In this document: positions 25,104 to 39,011 of the stretch, in pieces
How the letters are laid out: every line of letters begins with the position of its first letter
Numbering within the stretch: position 1 is the stretch's first letter
NCBI GenBank assembly: GCA_001938485.1
Contig: MQRK01248054.1
Coordinates: forward strand, 1-62,444
Origin: Girardia tigrina
Taxonomy: Eukaryota
DNA: 62,444 nt
Direction of reading: 5' to 3'
Notes under the pieces: model-generated
The model's database searches: none
Seen by the model: only the letters and a program-made list of their open reading frames with translations
Told to the model about the DNA's origin: nothing
Program-made: the position numbers and the translations under genes

Positions 25104-25558
25104 TTTTATCCACTGGAGATTTTAAACCAAGAATTGTGTCTTCTTTCAGAATTTCTGGTTTTTCAGCTAAATTAAGCTTTTCTGGTCGAAGTTTTTCCGG
25201 TGAGCTAATGTTACTCGTTTTGTCTGACTGTATACTTTGTAGAGTCGCTTCAGGTTCATTGTGTTTTACACCTGATTTTGATATAAGGATTACTTTTCTA
25301 TTTACTGGAGGAGATTTTTGAAATTGAATTTTCGATACTGTTTCATACGTCTCATGTTTTCGAGGTGAAGTGTCTGGGAATTTTTCCGAAGTTTCACAGG
25401 CAATAGTTGGTTTGACTTCAATATTTTTATTAGGAATTATTTCTGGTTGGACTTTTAAAGTGTTGACTTTTGAAGAATAATCTACACCATATTGTACCGG
25501 AACGTAATCATTGGAAAATCGACTCAACAGTTGTTGTTTATAATGAAATACTTTTCCT
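25104..25558 (-). CDS. Internal exon of an uncharacterised host gene (Ser/Pro/Lys/Glu-rich)
   Basis: tttgtag| acceptor, open frame GKVFHYKQQLLSRF..LGLKSPVDK, A|GTAAGA donor; phases fit the neighbouring candidate exons. Confidence 0.6.
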
Positions 25559-27059
25559 CTACAAACAGAAAAAGCATCAATCACATTGGAATTTATTGGA
25601 GAAATCATTTATTTCATGTGAAATTAACTATTGATTATTATCAGTTAGAGGTTTAAATTGAATAAAACCTATTTTATCTATTTAAATCGTCCAATAAGAC
25701 AATAGTGTGCAATTGTGTTGTTCACACAATTTGTGATTTATATCGAAATATAGTATTGGGTAATCGATTAGTTTTCAATCATTTAAATTTTAAACTACTC
25801 ATAAAAACCCTATAAAAGTAAATTAAATTTGATAAGAATTAAGATATCATAAATATTTTCTGTTGCAAAATAATATTTACTATTAAGAACACCGATATAA
25901 TTGTTATACACACATTTATTACTATTACATATAGAGTTATCACAACTCTGGGAAGTTATTTCACAATTTGTCATCATTCTAATTATTTTTGTTTATGAAT
26001 TTTTAATAAGGATTATTCCCATAATTTTTTTGAACATTTATTATTGTTTTAACTTTAAAATATTTCATAAAAGTATAAAAAAATAATTAATCTAATTTTA
26101 AAATTATTCAAACTTCTAAAATTTCTTTAATTGAAACACAGAACATGCTTATTTAATTTTTGAAAAAATATTACTTATATTAGAAATTACTCTCTACTAT
26201 TACTTTTTCAAATTAAACTTTATCAGATTATTTAATTTTCATTAATTTAAAAAACGTAAATTCTGTTCGAATGACCAGTTATTGCAAATACAATAAAGCA
26301 TCAATCTTCAACTGGGTTAGAGAATCACAATCCAATTTCAGAATACTCAAATAAACACACCACGCCATACACAATTTACAATATACCTCACATATATAAT
26401 GTCGGCCAAAAGACCAATCAATCATTAATAGACTCGATTCTTCGTCATTTCCAAGTTGTTTTACAAGCCGAAGGATGTAACATAAAATATTAATTACGTC
26501 ATCACTTTTTTCTGCTGCTTTGTTTATATGCTTTGCTTCTCTTTCTCCTAAATACATATTGTTTGATAATATCACCTTCATTTTAATATTTTTGACCGAC
26601 ATGAAATATTTTAACTTTGTTAATTTTAAATATTGACTTAATAATTGTGAAACGTTAGCAAACAGGACAAAATAGTCTAAAATATTTTTAACGAGAAATT
26701 CTCGTATTCATCGATATTTGACATTTCACATTGCTTGGATAAAAAGTGGAGGAAATGAAAGATGTTTTTATCGATAGAATTTCGCAATATACATATGTAA
26801 ATGTATGAGATTTTTTTCCTAATTTGGAAAATCTTAATTTTTATGAATCATTTTGCGATATAAGTAAAATATTATGATAGTTCTAATCTAAATTAAGTAT
26901 ATTCATTGACATTTGTTATATGTCATGTTCTATTGAACAAAATAAATTTAACTTTATGTAATCAAATATTAATTTTTGTTAGGCATTTGATATTGAGTGT
27001 ATTTTGTAAATATATCAAATAAATTATTGTTTTCTAAATGACTATTTATCAAATATTAA

Positions 27060-28152
27060 AAACACAATGTTATGCTATCTATGAATTTACTTAATAAAAA
27101 ATTATGCCAATTTAACACATTACGGTCCGCAGCGTTCCGCATTATATGTTGTATGGAGTCCGGGCGAATTACGCAAAAAATGCCAATTATACACTTTTTC
27201 GTAAAATCGATATAATTATTAAACCAACAGATCAATTGCAACGAAACTTCACAGATGCCTTCAAATGGGTATACTGCATCGATATATGTAAACATAACAA
27301 TGGGTTTCAATCTGTTGTGTATTTACCAGAGTGATAAAGTACAAAAAAGCTATTTTATTATAGAAATAATATGGCCTTTGATATCCTTGAACTTGATACA
27401 TGTGTGTATCGTAAAAAATGTTTCGGGGTCAGTCATAAAAAATCTAGGTTAAAAATAAACACAAGGAGAGCTCTATCACACATGTGTCCTATGAATGCCA
27501 ATGCGTTTCCAGTGGCGCCACGCGCATTAATTATTTTATAAATTATATAGAATATAAATATTATTTAAATATATTTATTTTTAAACTAATAAGCTTTATT
27601 AAATTATATGATTGTTAAGGGTTTAGGTTCCCAAATTTTCTACCGTGAAATTAGTATGGAGTGCCATAAGACGGTGTTATTATTATTTATTACACATTTA
27701 TAATTATTACATTTGATTACAAATTATTATCATGATGCCACTGATAAAGAAAGACTCTCAGAAAACTTCCTCAAAACGCACTTATGTATGTAAATTACTA
27801 TAAAACGTCATCTAGATACTTGTCAGATATTTGGTGGCAATGACGGAACTATATTCAATAATAAAATAGCATTTTAAATATTTATACTGCCATCTCTTGA
27901 AGAAATTAGAATAGCTCTCGTTGCTAACCATTTTATACAAAAATAAAAATATTTTTCATAATTCAAATTATTAAACAGTATCTCAAATATTTGTAACACC
28001 ATCTCATGATGGAATCAAAAAAAAATTTAGTTCGTATATATTTTTTTGTACGTACAAAATTCATATAAAATAGTATGCGTTTTCGCACGAACGGACTCAC
28101 AGAAGTGCCGCGCATAGTGTGCGTTTCCGGGTGAGCGGACTCTAATGTGTTA
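27060..28152 (+). mobile_element. piggyBac-like remnants and terminus
   Basis: Degenerate transposase-like text near 27060-27400; GC-rich subterminal repeats (gcgttt..cggactc twice) ending ..CTAATGTG followed by TTAA near 28150. Confidence 0.4.
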
Positions 28153-28159
28153 ATATAAT

Positions 28160-28677
28160 AGTCTGGTGATCGAATTTAGGAGTTAACACAAAGGCTAAAT
28201 TTGAAAGGATGAAAATCCATTATGATAAATGTATTATTATTTGATTAAATTTAATTCCAAATAAATTTAAAGAAATTAAAATACACTAGTCCACTTAGAT
28301 GCAAATTTCTACTAACGACATCAAAGGCTACGAAATTTTCATCGAAATTGGTGATTGCAGAATGTTACTCAGTAAGCGCACTGAAGCTCTACCAGAAACT
28401 CCTTTGGATATTCTTGGTTTTATTGTGTTTTATGGAGAAGACATATTTACCAACCTGCGCATTTCACCACAAATTTTTTTAACAATAGCAGTTTTAATTT
28501 AAACTTGTGAGCGGTCGTTCAGTAAATTAAAACTTATGTTGTTGTATCTGCGTGCATCAATGGGCCTAGATCGTCTTGGTGATCTTGCTCTTCTTAGTGT
28601 TGAAAGAGAAACATTGGAAAGAGCGAATTTGGATGAAGTGATGGAACTGTTTGCGATAGTGAAATCATTTCAGTGAA
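28160..28677 (+). pseudogene. hAT transposase C-terminal dimerisation domain (ZMYM1-like) fragment
   Basis: IFTNLRISPQIFLTIAV..TCERSFSKLKLMLLYLRASMGLDRLGDLALLSVERE. Confidence 0.8.
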
Positions 28678-29149
28678 AAATCATTTCTTGTTTTGATTGA
28701 ATTCCAGTATTCGTTGCATTTTTGCTGATTTTGTTGCTTGGAAATAGTAGGATAAGCTCGCTTATATGCCTCGAAGAGTTTTTATACAATGATTTCTTGT
28801 CCATAATTATGTTAATGAAAAAATTAAATTGTTATTTTATTTTCAGAATTGTTAAAAGTCACATACCTGATTTTTGTACAATTTTAAAACATGAAGTGAA
28901 AAGTTTTTGAAATTATTTAAAAAGTAAAATATTTAAACACATTTTAAACACTATTTTTTCATTTTAAATTGAGATTTTTTTTATTTGAGTTTTTACTTTT
29001 ATTAACGACTTTTAATTTTAATTGGAGATTTTTGATTTTGATTTTCTGTTAAGATTTGAAAATTTTGATTTAAATCCGGATTTTTCTGAAATCATTTTTC
29101 TAATTTTTATGATGATAATTTTGTCAATTTTTGAAAAAAAAGTTTTTTT

Positions 29150-29255
29150 TTGTTATGTAACAACCTTTCGCATCCTCCCTCCCCCTCGTAACAAACCGTA
29201 ACAAAATCGCTGACCCCCCTCCCCCCGAAAGAGTTACGTAATAAGCAAACGTTCC
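29150..29255. mobile_element. Terminal region of a non-autonomous DNA transposon
   Basis: Repeated (C)GTAACA motifs with C-runs ending GTTACGTAATAAGCAAACGTTCC; partner end not seen. Confidence 0.35.
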
Positions 29256-30488
29256 GTTCAAACCTATAGTATTACCACCTGTAGATGGAGCTACTGCCAC
29301 AACATATAACTCGGACAGTGTGATTACGGTATCAACTTACTCCATTCTTCGAAACAGTTTATTTCGGATGGCTTTTAGTGTATTGAATATGAGTTTTCAA
29401 TGGAAATTTGGACAAGCATAACGGACAAGCGACTCGAATTGGAACTGACCTAGAGCAAGGCATACAGGAAGAAATTCAATTGATTATTGAAATACGATGA
29501 TAAAACCATCAAAAATGTGAAATACAAGCGAGAATTCCTTTCGAAACTCATCGATTATTTCCTGAAGATCCTCGACTGGAACGACAATCGCCTCCAGAGG
29601 TGTTGCACCCCTATGGGGCTTAACCTTAACCCCCCTCCAGATTTCAACTGTATCATACATCTATAATTTCTCAAAATGTTTTTTGGGACAAACAATAAAG
29701 ATAAAACCATGGAGGCAGAATAAATATATTAAAAAAATAAATAACAAAATTTCTTTGAAAAAATTTATTCATATTTTGTTCGAAAACATTTAATATTTTA
29801 CACAAAAATTTATTTAAATTTCTCGAAATTTTTTTTCGAAAATTTTATTTTTATTTTGTGAGAGATAACAGATACTCGGGTATATTTTATTTTCTAATTT
29901 GATAATAAAAAAAATAATTTTAACAATAAATATATAAGTAATATTGAAAAGAATTTTAAAAAGATAATAAAATGTTATCAAAACAAGGTTTGTTGATTTT
30001 CTTTTATTTACGAATAAACATTTGATTTTTCTCAAAAGTTCTATAACATTTACCTATTAGTCTGAAATAGGATAATGCGAAAGGTTCGAAGAAAAAAATA
30101 ACTTTGAAATTTTAAAACTTTATTGTATGAAATGATTTGAGATCAGTTTTGTAATGAACAGTTCTTTTTCTATCTTTCATTTCGACCCATCACTAATATA
30201 TTTCTTTTATTTAATATAAATAATTTAAAATTTCTGATTTGTGAAAACAGCAAGATATATTGTTAATAATAAAATAGTTTGTATCAAATTAGTATTATTA
30301 ATGGTGCATCAAATCAGGAAATTCCAGGAAAAGAATCAAAATTTACATACATAGTTAATTAGAATTGTATTGACAAACTTAATTTGTTATTATCAATTCG
30401 TTAAGTTAATTTATATAAAAAAAACTCATTTTGAATATTACACATGAAAAATTTTATAATGAAACCAAAATTTTCAAATAATTCTTAC

Positions 30489-30531
30489 TTTTTATAATGG
30501 AATATTGATCGCAACTTTTCATTCATAGGAT
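30489..30531 (-). CDS. Small (43 nt) upstream exon of the same uncharacterised host gene
   Basis: ttttgcag| ATCCTATGAATGAAAAG...CATTATAAAAA |gtaaga; reads (D)PMNEKLRSIFHYK(K); phase-2 donor fits the acceptor at 25558. Confidence 0.45.
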
Positions 30532-31621
30532 CTGCAAAATATTAATTAACACGAATATCGCACACCGACCACATTTTCATCAACCGTAACACATATCACT
30601 GCAATTTCTGTCGTCACTTGAAGAGTTAATCGATTGGGAATCGAAAATTAAATGTGAAGAGTGTGTTGGAAACACTCCGAAAAAATCAACAATATTTTGT
30701 TATCTTATTTTTCATTTTATTAAAATTATTTTGGAGGGGACTAAATTTAATAAAATTTATTAATAAAATTGGTAATGATGTTTCTAACTCATTTCATAAA
30801 TTATTATATGTACTGATGAATCTGTCCATTTTCGCAATAAAAGCATAACACTTTTATGTGAAACACTTATTTTACACGCATTTTTTAAAACAAATTCTAA
30901 CACTGAATTCAATGTTGCAGTTGAAAACATTTATTTAATTAGTAGAGGTAATTATTGGCCTCCGACGATTTGAAGATTGGTACGAATAGAAAATATGTTT
31001 CTTCCGAGAAAAGCACTTACGCGATATCCTTATCTATACTTCGTTGAAAATTTGAATTTGAAGTAATTTAAAAAATTAATGTTGCAAAAAATTAAACTAT
31101 CTTCCTATTCAATTTTCAAGTCAATAGTACAATTCTCCAAATCATTAGTATTGAATATAGTAATTTTCTAAGTAAGTAGTATACTGTAATTCCTTGCTAT
31201 TTCAAGGTTCGCTTTTCGCGACATCACTGTTTAGCGTATTTTTAATAAATATTTTTAATGCGATGTAATTATGTAATATAATAAGGAATATGTATATATA
31301 TTAGCGCAAAGCATATTTACTCTAAAAACGAAGCCTGAGAAGCTTGATTCACTACTTTTTGACAAACATTATTTGTTCTATATCCCATTTCTAGATCACA
31401 TCTATAAGGTTAGTTTAAGTATATAAGTCTCAGAATAAGAAAGGGAGTTACATACGAATGAAGAGAAATATCATGAATATGACGAATTTTTGCAGAATGA
31501 TGTCTTAATGAGTAACAGAATTTCTTCTGAAAATGCTTCGTTTTAAATTATACCAAAGAAAAGGCTAAAGATTTCCGCCTACTGAAAGTACTAATGTTTG
31601 AGAGATCAATGAAATAATAAG

Positions 31622-31900
31622 TGTGAGGAATATTTTTGAATGATGTTTATTGTGTGTTGTTTGGCATGTTGTTTTAGGATTGTGTTTCTCCCACTCAGAT
31701 GGAAGATTGATATTTTAAATATTTTAAAACGTCGGGTTGTTTAATCAATTATTAAAATTTAAATAATCCCTTTAAAATTAAACTAATATTTCATAAATAA
31801 TATTTTAATAATATTTTCTTAAAATAAATAAAAATTATTTTAAATTTAAAGTATAAATTATTTTTGTAATAATTAAATTGTAATGTATATTTGTTTGAAT
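31622..31900 (+). repeat. Diverged solo LTR related to the Gypsy LTRs at 38597 and 43009
   Basis: TGTGAGGAAT..TTTGAAT..GGATTGTGTTTCTCCCACTCAGATGGAAGATTGATATTTT aligns by eye with the first ~100 nt of those LTRs; 3' boundary uncertain. Confidence 0.6.
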
Positions 31901-32089
31901 AATAAGACGTTAAAGAATATTATTAAAGATTATAAATCAAGAACGATGACGAGCTACGCAAGTTTTACAGAGAATTTTTCTAGTAAAAATTCAAATTGTG
32001 ATATAAATAAATGTAAAGAAAACCCAATTAATGTTCTTAATAATAAGAAAATTGGAGAACAACGATCAGAGTAACAATAGAAGACAAGG

Positions 32090-34500
32090 ATGCTTCAGAT
32101 GGGGAGAAACTTTTATTTTAAAACAATCTTGGTGGGATAACCTCTGCTAGTAATCGAGAATATTGGGGTTTGTCCCGAAGTCCTCCAGACAGCACTGAAA
32201 GGACTGGAAGAGAGATACGGAGAGGACAGAATATGCAATTGTTTAATGAAGAAAGTTCAAAGATTCAGACAAATTAAAAATGACGACATTTAAGAGATGG
32301 AAAGTTACGTTCGACTTCTTGAAGAAATAGATAGTCATGAATTACTAAACAGAATTTCAGAAAATTTATTATGGATCTAGGAATAGGAGTTATTGAAAAG
32401 AAAAAAACGAAGATACTGCAATTATAGTGTGATTTTTAGATTTTCTGAAAGTAGAAACAGATCTGAGTAGGAGAATCAAAGAACAACTTATTAGATTAGA
32501 TGTGAATAAGAAACGTCAGCCAAAGACCATATTGCTCACAAAATCTAATGACGGAGGAATTCAAAATAATTTTCAAAAGATCAGTAGTTTTCTTTGTGAA
32601 CAAGAGATTTTTTAGAACAATGTAACGAATTTTTAAATTCGAATGTGAGCAAAAGAAGATAAATGCTGATATAAAAGGGTCTATGGTTTAACTGTTTAAA
32701 AAAAGGACATACCTTAAAAATTGCTTAAAGCATAGTTTCTGTAGAACGGAAGTTTTCATAACGAAACATCATTGGCTGATGCGTATGAATTTCAATCATC
32801 TAAAAGAACAAAGATATCAAAAAGAAAATCATGAGAGTACATTCTTAACTAAGGGGAGACGTTCTCAATGTAGACGTACATACCTGGCATTGAGAGCCAT
32901 CCAAATTATTATAAAATATAGTAACAAAAGAGTGATTATTTGATGATGCCAGTACGATGAGTTATATCAGTTATTCATTTTATTCCTAAATATGAATCAA
33001 AGGGAAAGGAAGAATTATTCCAATGTTGCGACAATTGAAGGAGTTCCAAGACAAATGAAAGTGAATCCAATCCAGATTGAACTACAGAGTATTTCAAAAC
33101 CGATTGTAGAAGAATTCAACGCCTAGGCCATTAAAAGAATCTTAAGCAGAAAAGAAATATGTAACTGGAGAATGGTTTCAACAAATTGGGTTAGAAAGAA
33201 ATTGGATTTCTGAGAATCGAAATGAAATCTGGTGTTGATTTAGTAGACCATCTACAATTGCATCAAGCGATAAAAGAAATTGAAGAAAACGAAAATGATC
33301 CAATCAAAAGATGAAAACAATTTGTATTGGTTTTCGTTGAAACAATGCCGACAACAAAAACAAATTCGATTTAAACTCTATTGATTCAGACTCTGTATTC
33401 CACAGAAATAGATTCATAAATCATTTTAATAAATTTCTGGAAATAGAAGATTTAAATGATTCTGTTGAGAACACGAGTAAAGGGAATGAAATTGTGGATA
33501 CATTTTAGACAAGTATAACTCATGATGGAGAATGCTTAGAAGTTAAATAGCGAAGAAGAAATCAGAAGCCAGATTGGTATTGCAACAAGCGCAATGATGA
33601 AGGTTAGCACAGTTTTTAACCTCAAAGAAATCCATCTCAAGAACAGATTAAAGATCACTAAGGCTATTGTCTGGGCAATACTACTCTATGGATGCGAGAG
33701 TTGGACAATAAATAAGAAGAGCATGGATAGACTTATAGCGTTGGAAATTAAGATCTGCAGGATAATGCTGAAGATCACATGGAAAAAAAGAAGACAAACA
33801 ACTTTGTCTGGAGGAGAGAGTTAGAAATACTAGGCAAAAGACCGGAATCAATAGAAGAGACGATAAAGAGAAGGAAGCTGAAATTCGATGGACATTAAAT
33901 AAGAAAACAAGCACTATCAAAGATTATGATTGAGGGAAGAGTGGAAGGAGAAAGACCAAAGAGACAATGAATAGACGATTTAAAAGAATGGAGTGAATTA
34001 TGGAATGTTTGAGAAAAGAAGTTACAAATAGAGGGTTTTCGTGGAGGCTTCTTTATAATTGGGTCCAAAAGAACAAAGAAAGAAGAATTGTAAAATTGTA
34101 ATTTTTGAAGCTTTTACAATTTTATTACAATTCAGAAAAGAGTCAATAAAAATTACTTACAATAAAGAAGAGATGTACCTGCAAATTCAGGTAGTTCATG
34201 AAAACTGCAAATTCCTGAGATTTGAATGTTATATCGATGAAGAAAAGAAATAATACGAATTTGAGAGATTAATTTTCGGATTAAATGTTTCATATTTTGT
34301 TGCTCAAATGATTTCTAGAGTAAAAGAAAAAATACCCAGAAAAGAAAGATATAAATAAACTGGGAACTTATTTGGATGACACTTTAATTTCTGTCATATC
34401 CGCCGAAGAAGGTTTAAAAAGAATAGAAGAAATCAAAGAAATCTGAACTATTTCTGAAATGGAAACAAATTAAAAGTTGAATAAAGATATAGCAGTGTTG
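32090..34500 (+). mobile_element. BEL/Pao LTR retrotransposon remnant (gag/protease/RT), interrupted by a LINE fragment
   Basis: DDASTMSYIS protease-like motif near 32940; ILLQFRKESI..EEMYLQIQV..KFLRF..YEFERLIFGL and NLYLDD near 34110-34380 are Pao-type RT signatures; heavily decayed. Confidence 0.6.
33480..34050 (+). mobile_element. RTE-clade LINE 3' fragment
   Basis: EEEIRSQIGIATSAM..IVWAILLYGCESWTI..LIALEIKICRIMLKITW..KLKFDGH..IEGRVEG. Confidence 0.8.
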
Positions 34501-34749
34501 AGATGTGTTAGTAGCTTTTTTTGAGTTCATAAAATTTTCGAATTCAAAACCTAATCAATTTAATAATTCAATAATTATAATTCGAAAAATAGATTTATAG
34601 ATTATGTTAAAAGATTTATAAAATAACATAGAAAAAAGTAATTTATATAAAATTAATTTTTAATGTGAACATAAAACCAATAAATAGATTTATTAATAAA
34701 GTAAATTATAATTTTATATGAAACGTAAAATTTAATGTGAAAACTAATA

Positions 34750-35198
34750 CCGTATTTATCGTACTTTAAACCGTGGCTTATATGAAAAAAGTATAAAAAT
34801 TAAATAAAATGGTTAGACTTATACGCGTGTGCGACTTATATAAAAATAAAAACATCAATATATAAAAACAAAACCAATAATTTTATTTTAAGATTTTTCG
34901 ATTTCCTCGAATCCATCAAAATCTTCATCATCTATTATTTCAAATGTTTCGAAAGTCATTTCGAACTTCATTTTTAACGTGGATTTTAAATTCAAATTAC
35001 TTTAATGAAACAAAAATAATTGAAGTCAAAATTAAAATAATATTAATTTAAATTTAATGATTTCTTCATTTGCATAATTTAAAATAAGTTTTTGAATCAA
35101 GTTTTCAAGTCACAAAAATATGCGACTTATACGCTGTTGAATTTAATTTTCAAAATTTTTAAAAAAATGGGATCGGACTTATAGTCCGATAAATACGG
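34750..35198. mobile_element. pogo-type internally deleted (non-autonomous) element
   Basis: Imperfect TIRs CCGTATTTATCG.. / ..CGATAAATACGG, TA flanks, subterminal GACTTATA motifs. Confidence 0.75.
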
Positions 35199-36357
35199 TA
35201 AATAAACTAGAAAATTATTTTGTAACGTTTATGTAAATTTTAAACAAATCAAAAATGATATTAATCTATAAATTTTAAATTAAAATATTTAAGACCAAAT
35301 GAAAATATAACTTTCATTAAGAAAGGATAAAATGAAAACTACTGAAAATAGAATTTTGGATTTTTAAGATGTAAGTTTATGCCACTTTCATTATTATCAA
35401 ATTCAGTACTCATAATTTAACACCACAATCTTTATAAATATCAACCGTTCACATATTTAAACAAATTTCTTTTTAATTCAATTATTTCCCCCAAAATATT
35501 AAATTTTTTTCGATTAAATTTTGAAAATTTGCTAAATTTTAAAATAATTTTTACATTTACGAAACTATCATAAAAACTAATTAATTTAAATTTACTGTAA
35601 GCCTTTTATAAAAAAATTATTTCTTAAAATATTAATTCGTTAATTATCTATTTTAAAATTTATTTAAACTTATTTTATAACTTTTATTAAAATATATCAA
35701 TTGTTATGACTGCAAGCATATTTTAAATAAGTATTTAATTTTTATGATAATTTTACTTTACATTTTAATTTTTAATTTACTTTTTTTAAATTTTCAAATT
35801 AAAAAAAGTAATAAACTATTTTGGCGAAATGAGAATTTAAACTAACCACTCATATAAAAAATATAACTTCATTTCATTTTTAAAAGAAGTGTATTTTCAC
35901 CGAAATGGGAAAGTAATTTAAAAGTTTTTTAATTGAACCAAAAACGTAATTATTATTGAAAATATAATTTTATTTTATGTAAAAAAAATGGTAAATTAAA
36001 AGTTGTTAAATTAAACGAAAATTGTGACTTTTATTTTATTTTCAAAACGTTATTTTATCAAATCTAAAAGTAATTTTTAAACGATTATGAAAACGAAATG
36101 AAAATCTTATTTTATAAAATGGGGAAATATAATTGAGAAACGGTTAAATTTAAATGTGTAATAAAATGGAAATTTAATAAAAGATGCAACAAAATCTTCG
36201 TGACAAAATTTTAATAAAATCACCCTAAACTTTTTAACAAAAAAAGTGTTGGACCAGTGAGTTTTTCATTCACCTCAGCCTCGGGCCTATTCATTGTACC
36301 GGCACCGAGGCGAGCAAAAGAAAAACTCCTAGAATCTAAAAAAAATAAAAGATTATA

Positions 36358-37284
36358 CAGTAGGGGACACATTATTATAACCACCTGATATTTTCATGCT
36401 TTTTATCGTAACCTCCGTATTTTCTCATTTTTTGATTTTTTCAAGTAAATCATTTTATTCTAAATCAAACATTTATGTTTTAAAATATGGTCTGTATCAT
36501 TTTCATAATAAAAAATTATTTATAACAATTAAAAATGATCTGTTGTTGTCAGGCAGGAAAAAAAATTAATTATCTGACAGTAATAGATTAATCAATTTCT
36601 TCTAACAGATTATTTTTTTTTAGTATCCTGTTGAATGCAAAGACATCATTTGTAGTCATGGGTAAACGCTGTGATCTGTCCTCTACTGTTGTGGCAAAAG
36701 TTGACTCTTTGTTATCAAGTGGAAAGTTTTCAATTAGGCGGATTGACACTTTGTGCAACATTCATCTTGCAAGTGTAATCAACATCAAGAAACAAATAAC
36801 AGCAGGTGTCCCTTCAACATCCAGAGTTTGTCCAAAACGAAAAACAACTGAACAGGACGACAGGATAATGGTAAGAATGATTAGAAAAGATAACCTCCTG
36901 TCAGCAAAACAAGTACAAGACGTCTTCAGGCAGTAGTAAACGCTAAATGAGGACAAAAAAATATTAAATTGTTTAATTTATCATTTATTTACTTATTCTA
37001 TGAACAAAAACATTTGTAATCAGGTATGTACATATTTAAATTTTGCCTTCTGGAATAAAACATGTATTTCTTACCTTTTTGATTTTCTTATATTTTGATA
37101 ATTTTCTAATAGAATTGTGGTAATTTTTCAGTATAAGGTTTAAAAGTTGTCACATTTTGGGGTGATAAAACAAACACAGAAAGTATCAAAACTATGACTG
37201 CATTTGCTAATAACGTTATAAATAATGAGAAAACGTAAAAAAACATGAAAATATCAGGTGGTTATAATAATGTGTCCCCTACTG
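36358..37284 (+). mobile_element. Tc1-type internal-deletion derivative
   Basis: Perfect ~41 bp TIRs CAGTAGGGGACACATTATTATAACCACCTGATATTTTCATG, TA flanks; only the N-terminal paired-like domain remains (MGKRCDLSS..RKTTEQDDRIMVR, 36658-36936). Confidence 0.93.
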
Positions 37285-38596
37285 TAATTATAATTGATAT
37301 TATTAATTAATTAAAAAAGAGAAACTTTTAATTGATTTTGACCCTTGGATCCTGTTGATTCGAATATTTTCTTGTGAGAATTTGATGACCTGATTTGTTG
37401 ACGTGGGTTTGATCGGAATTTTTGTGTAAAGGAAAACTGTATAAAATCATCCAAATTTGTGCACTTGATTAGACTTTTTCATTGAATAAATTTTATTAAA
37501 AAAAATTGTTTTGAATATAGGTAATTTTTAGATTTTATTTCTTTTTTTTGAAGTTGATGGAGGTTGGGGAACATCCTCAAGGCTGCCAATCTGTTAATAG
37601 ATTAACAGTAGGTACTTATAGTGACTGTCGAGACTATTGACTATCTGGAAGTTTGAGAAAGTCCTTGCCAAGTTTCATTTCTAGAAGAGAATTCGTTTCT
37701 CTCAGCCTCCACCAATTATTTTTTGTGTTGTTTCTTTTGTTTTAATATTTTTTCAATTGTAATCAACTCATCGTCATTATTCAGCATGAATAGAAAAAAT
37801 AATGAAAGCAAAGAGTAACAAAGAGAACTGCTGCTGGAGTTGCAGAAAAGAAAAGGAGAATGACGAATTGACAAAGAGGACAACCGAATTTGAGGACTAC
37901 AGAAAAATTCAGTTCCTCTATCAATTCATAAATCGGTTGTGGATAAATATTTGTTAGGACAACAAAAAACAAAGTCTTTACAAAACGAGGTCACCGAGAT
38001 GAGAATTCGGCAAAATATGTCCAGCTACTACAAGAAGGTGATCGAAAAATTCTCAGAAGAGCAACTGGAGTCAATCATAGACATAGCAAACAAAATTGGG
38101 TCAAATTCGGAAAAAAACCTCTGGTGACGAACCTAAACATTTATGGGTCAATTATGAAAGAGGATATGGCCTCATCTTCATCTGGGGTGCTCAGCATATC
38201 CCAGAAGCGGCGTGAGTAGAGGAAGCGAAAAGCTCAAATGTTTCAACAGGCCAAGAGTGAGCTGCAAGCTGCTTTTAAAACCAGTCGTATTGAGGTTGAC
38301 GTATAAGATGGAAGGACTGTAATCAGAAATGACACCAGTCAAAGAGAGTCTTCTGATTTTGATACCTCTAATCAAATTACGTCGTTTTTTCCATCCAATA
38401 ATTTCCAAGAGACTATAGAACAGCAAGAATGACTGGACCTCAAGTCAAAACTTGAAATTCAGAAGGAGAATCGTGACCGCATACAGTTGCGCTCTATCAC
38501 AACTGGTAAAGGTGATGATTTGGATGACTAAGGACAATGGGTGGATTGTTTTTGCTTAGCATTTTCTTTTGTTTTCTTGTTATATTTAATTAAAAC

Positions 38597-39011
38597 TATG
38601 AGGAATGTTTTGAATTGTGCGTTGATATTGTGCATGCTGTATGTTGATTCAGATTGTGCCTTTCCTACACTGATGGATGATTGATATTTTCTTTGATTCT
38701 TACTAATTAAAAATAATTTAATTTAATTTTAAAGTAAAAAGATTTTAAATAATTTTTGAATGTATTATTTATTTTTTAATGTAATTTAAAATTTTAATAT
38801 ATTAATTTAATATGTTCTTTTTTTAAAAAATGTTTAGATTTAATTTCAACCAATTAGATTCTTTATAATTAATAATTTGTATTAACAGATTTTCATTTAT
38901 TGAAAATAATTAGTTTGAACTCAGAAATAAATTGAACAAGAGAGATGTAAAATAGTGAATGCGCTTTTGATAATAATAAATGTTACAAAACTCATATTGA
39001 TGTTGTTAATA
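38597..39011 (+). repeat. 5' LTR
   Basis: Direct repeat of 43009-43421 with scattered substitutions; followed immediately by the PBS. Confidence 0.93.

Noticed and set aside
37657-37664. GAAAGTCC as the RNase P/MRP CR-I motif
   Set aside because: No downstream CR-V/P4 partner in the right order, and the island is too short.
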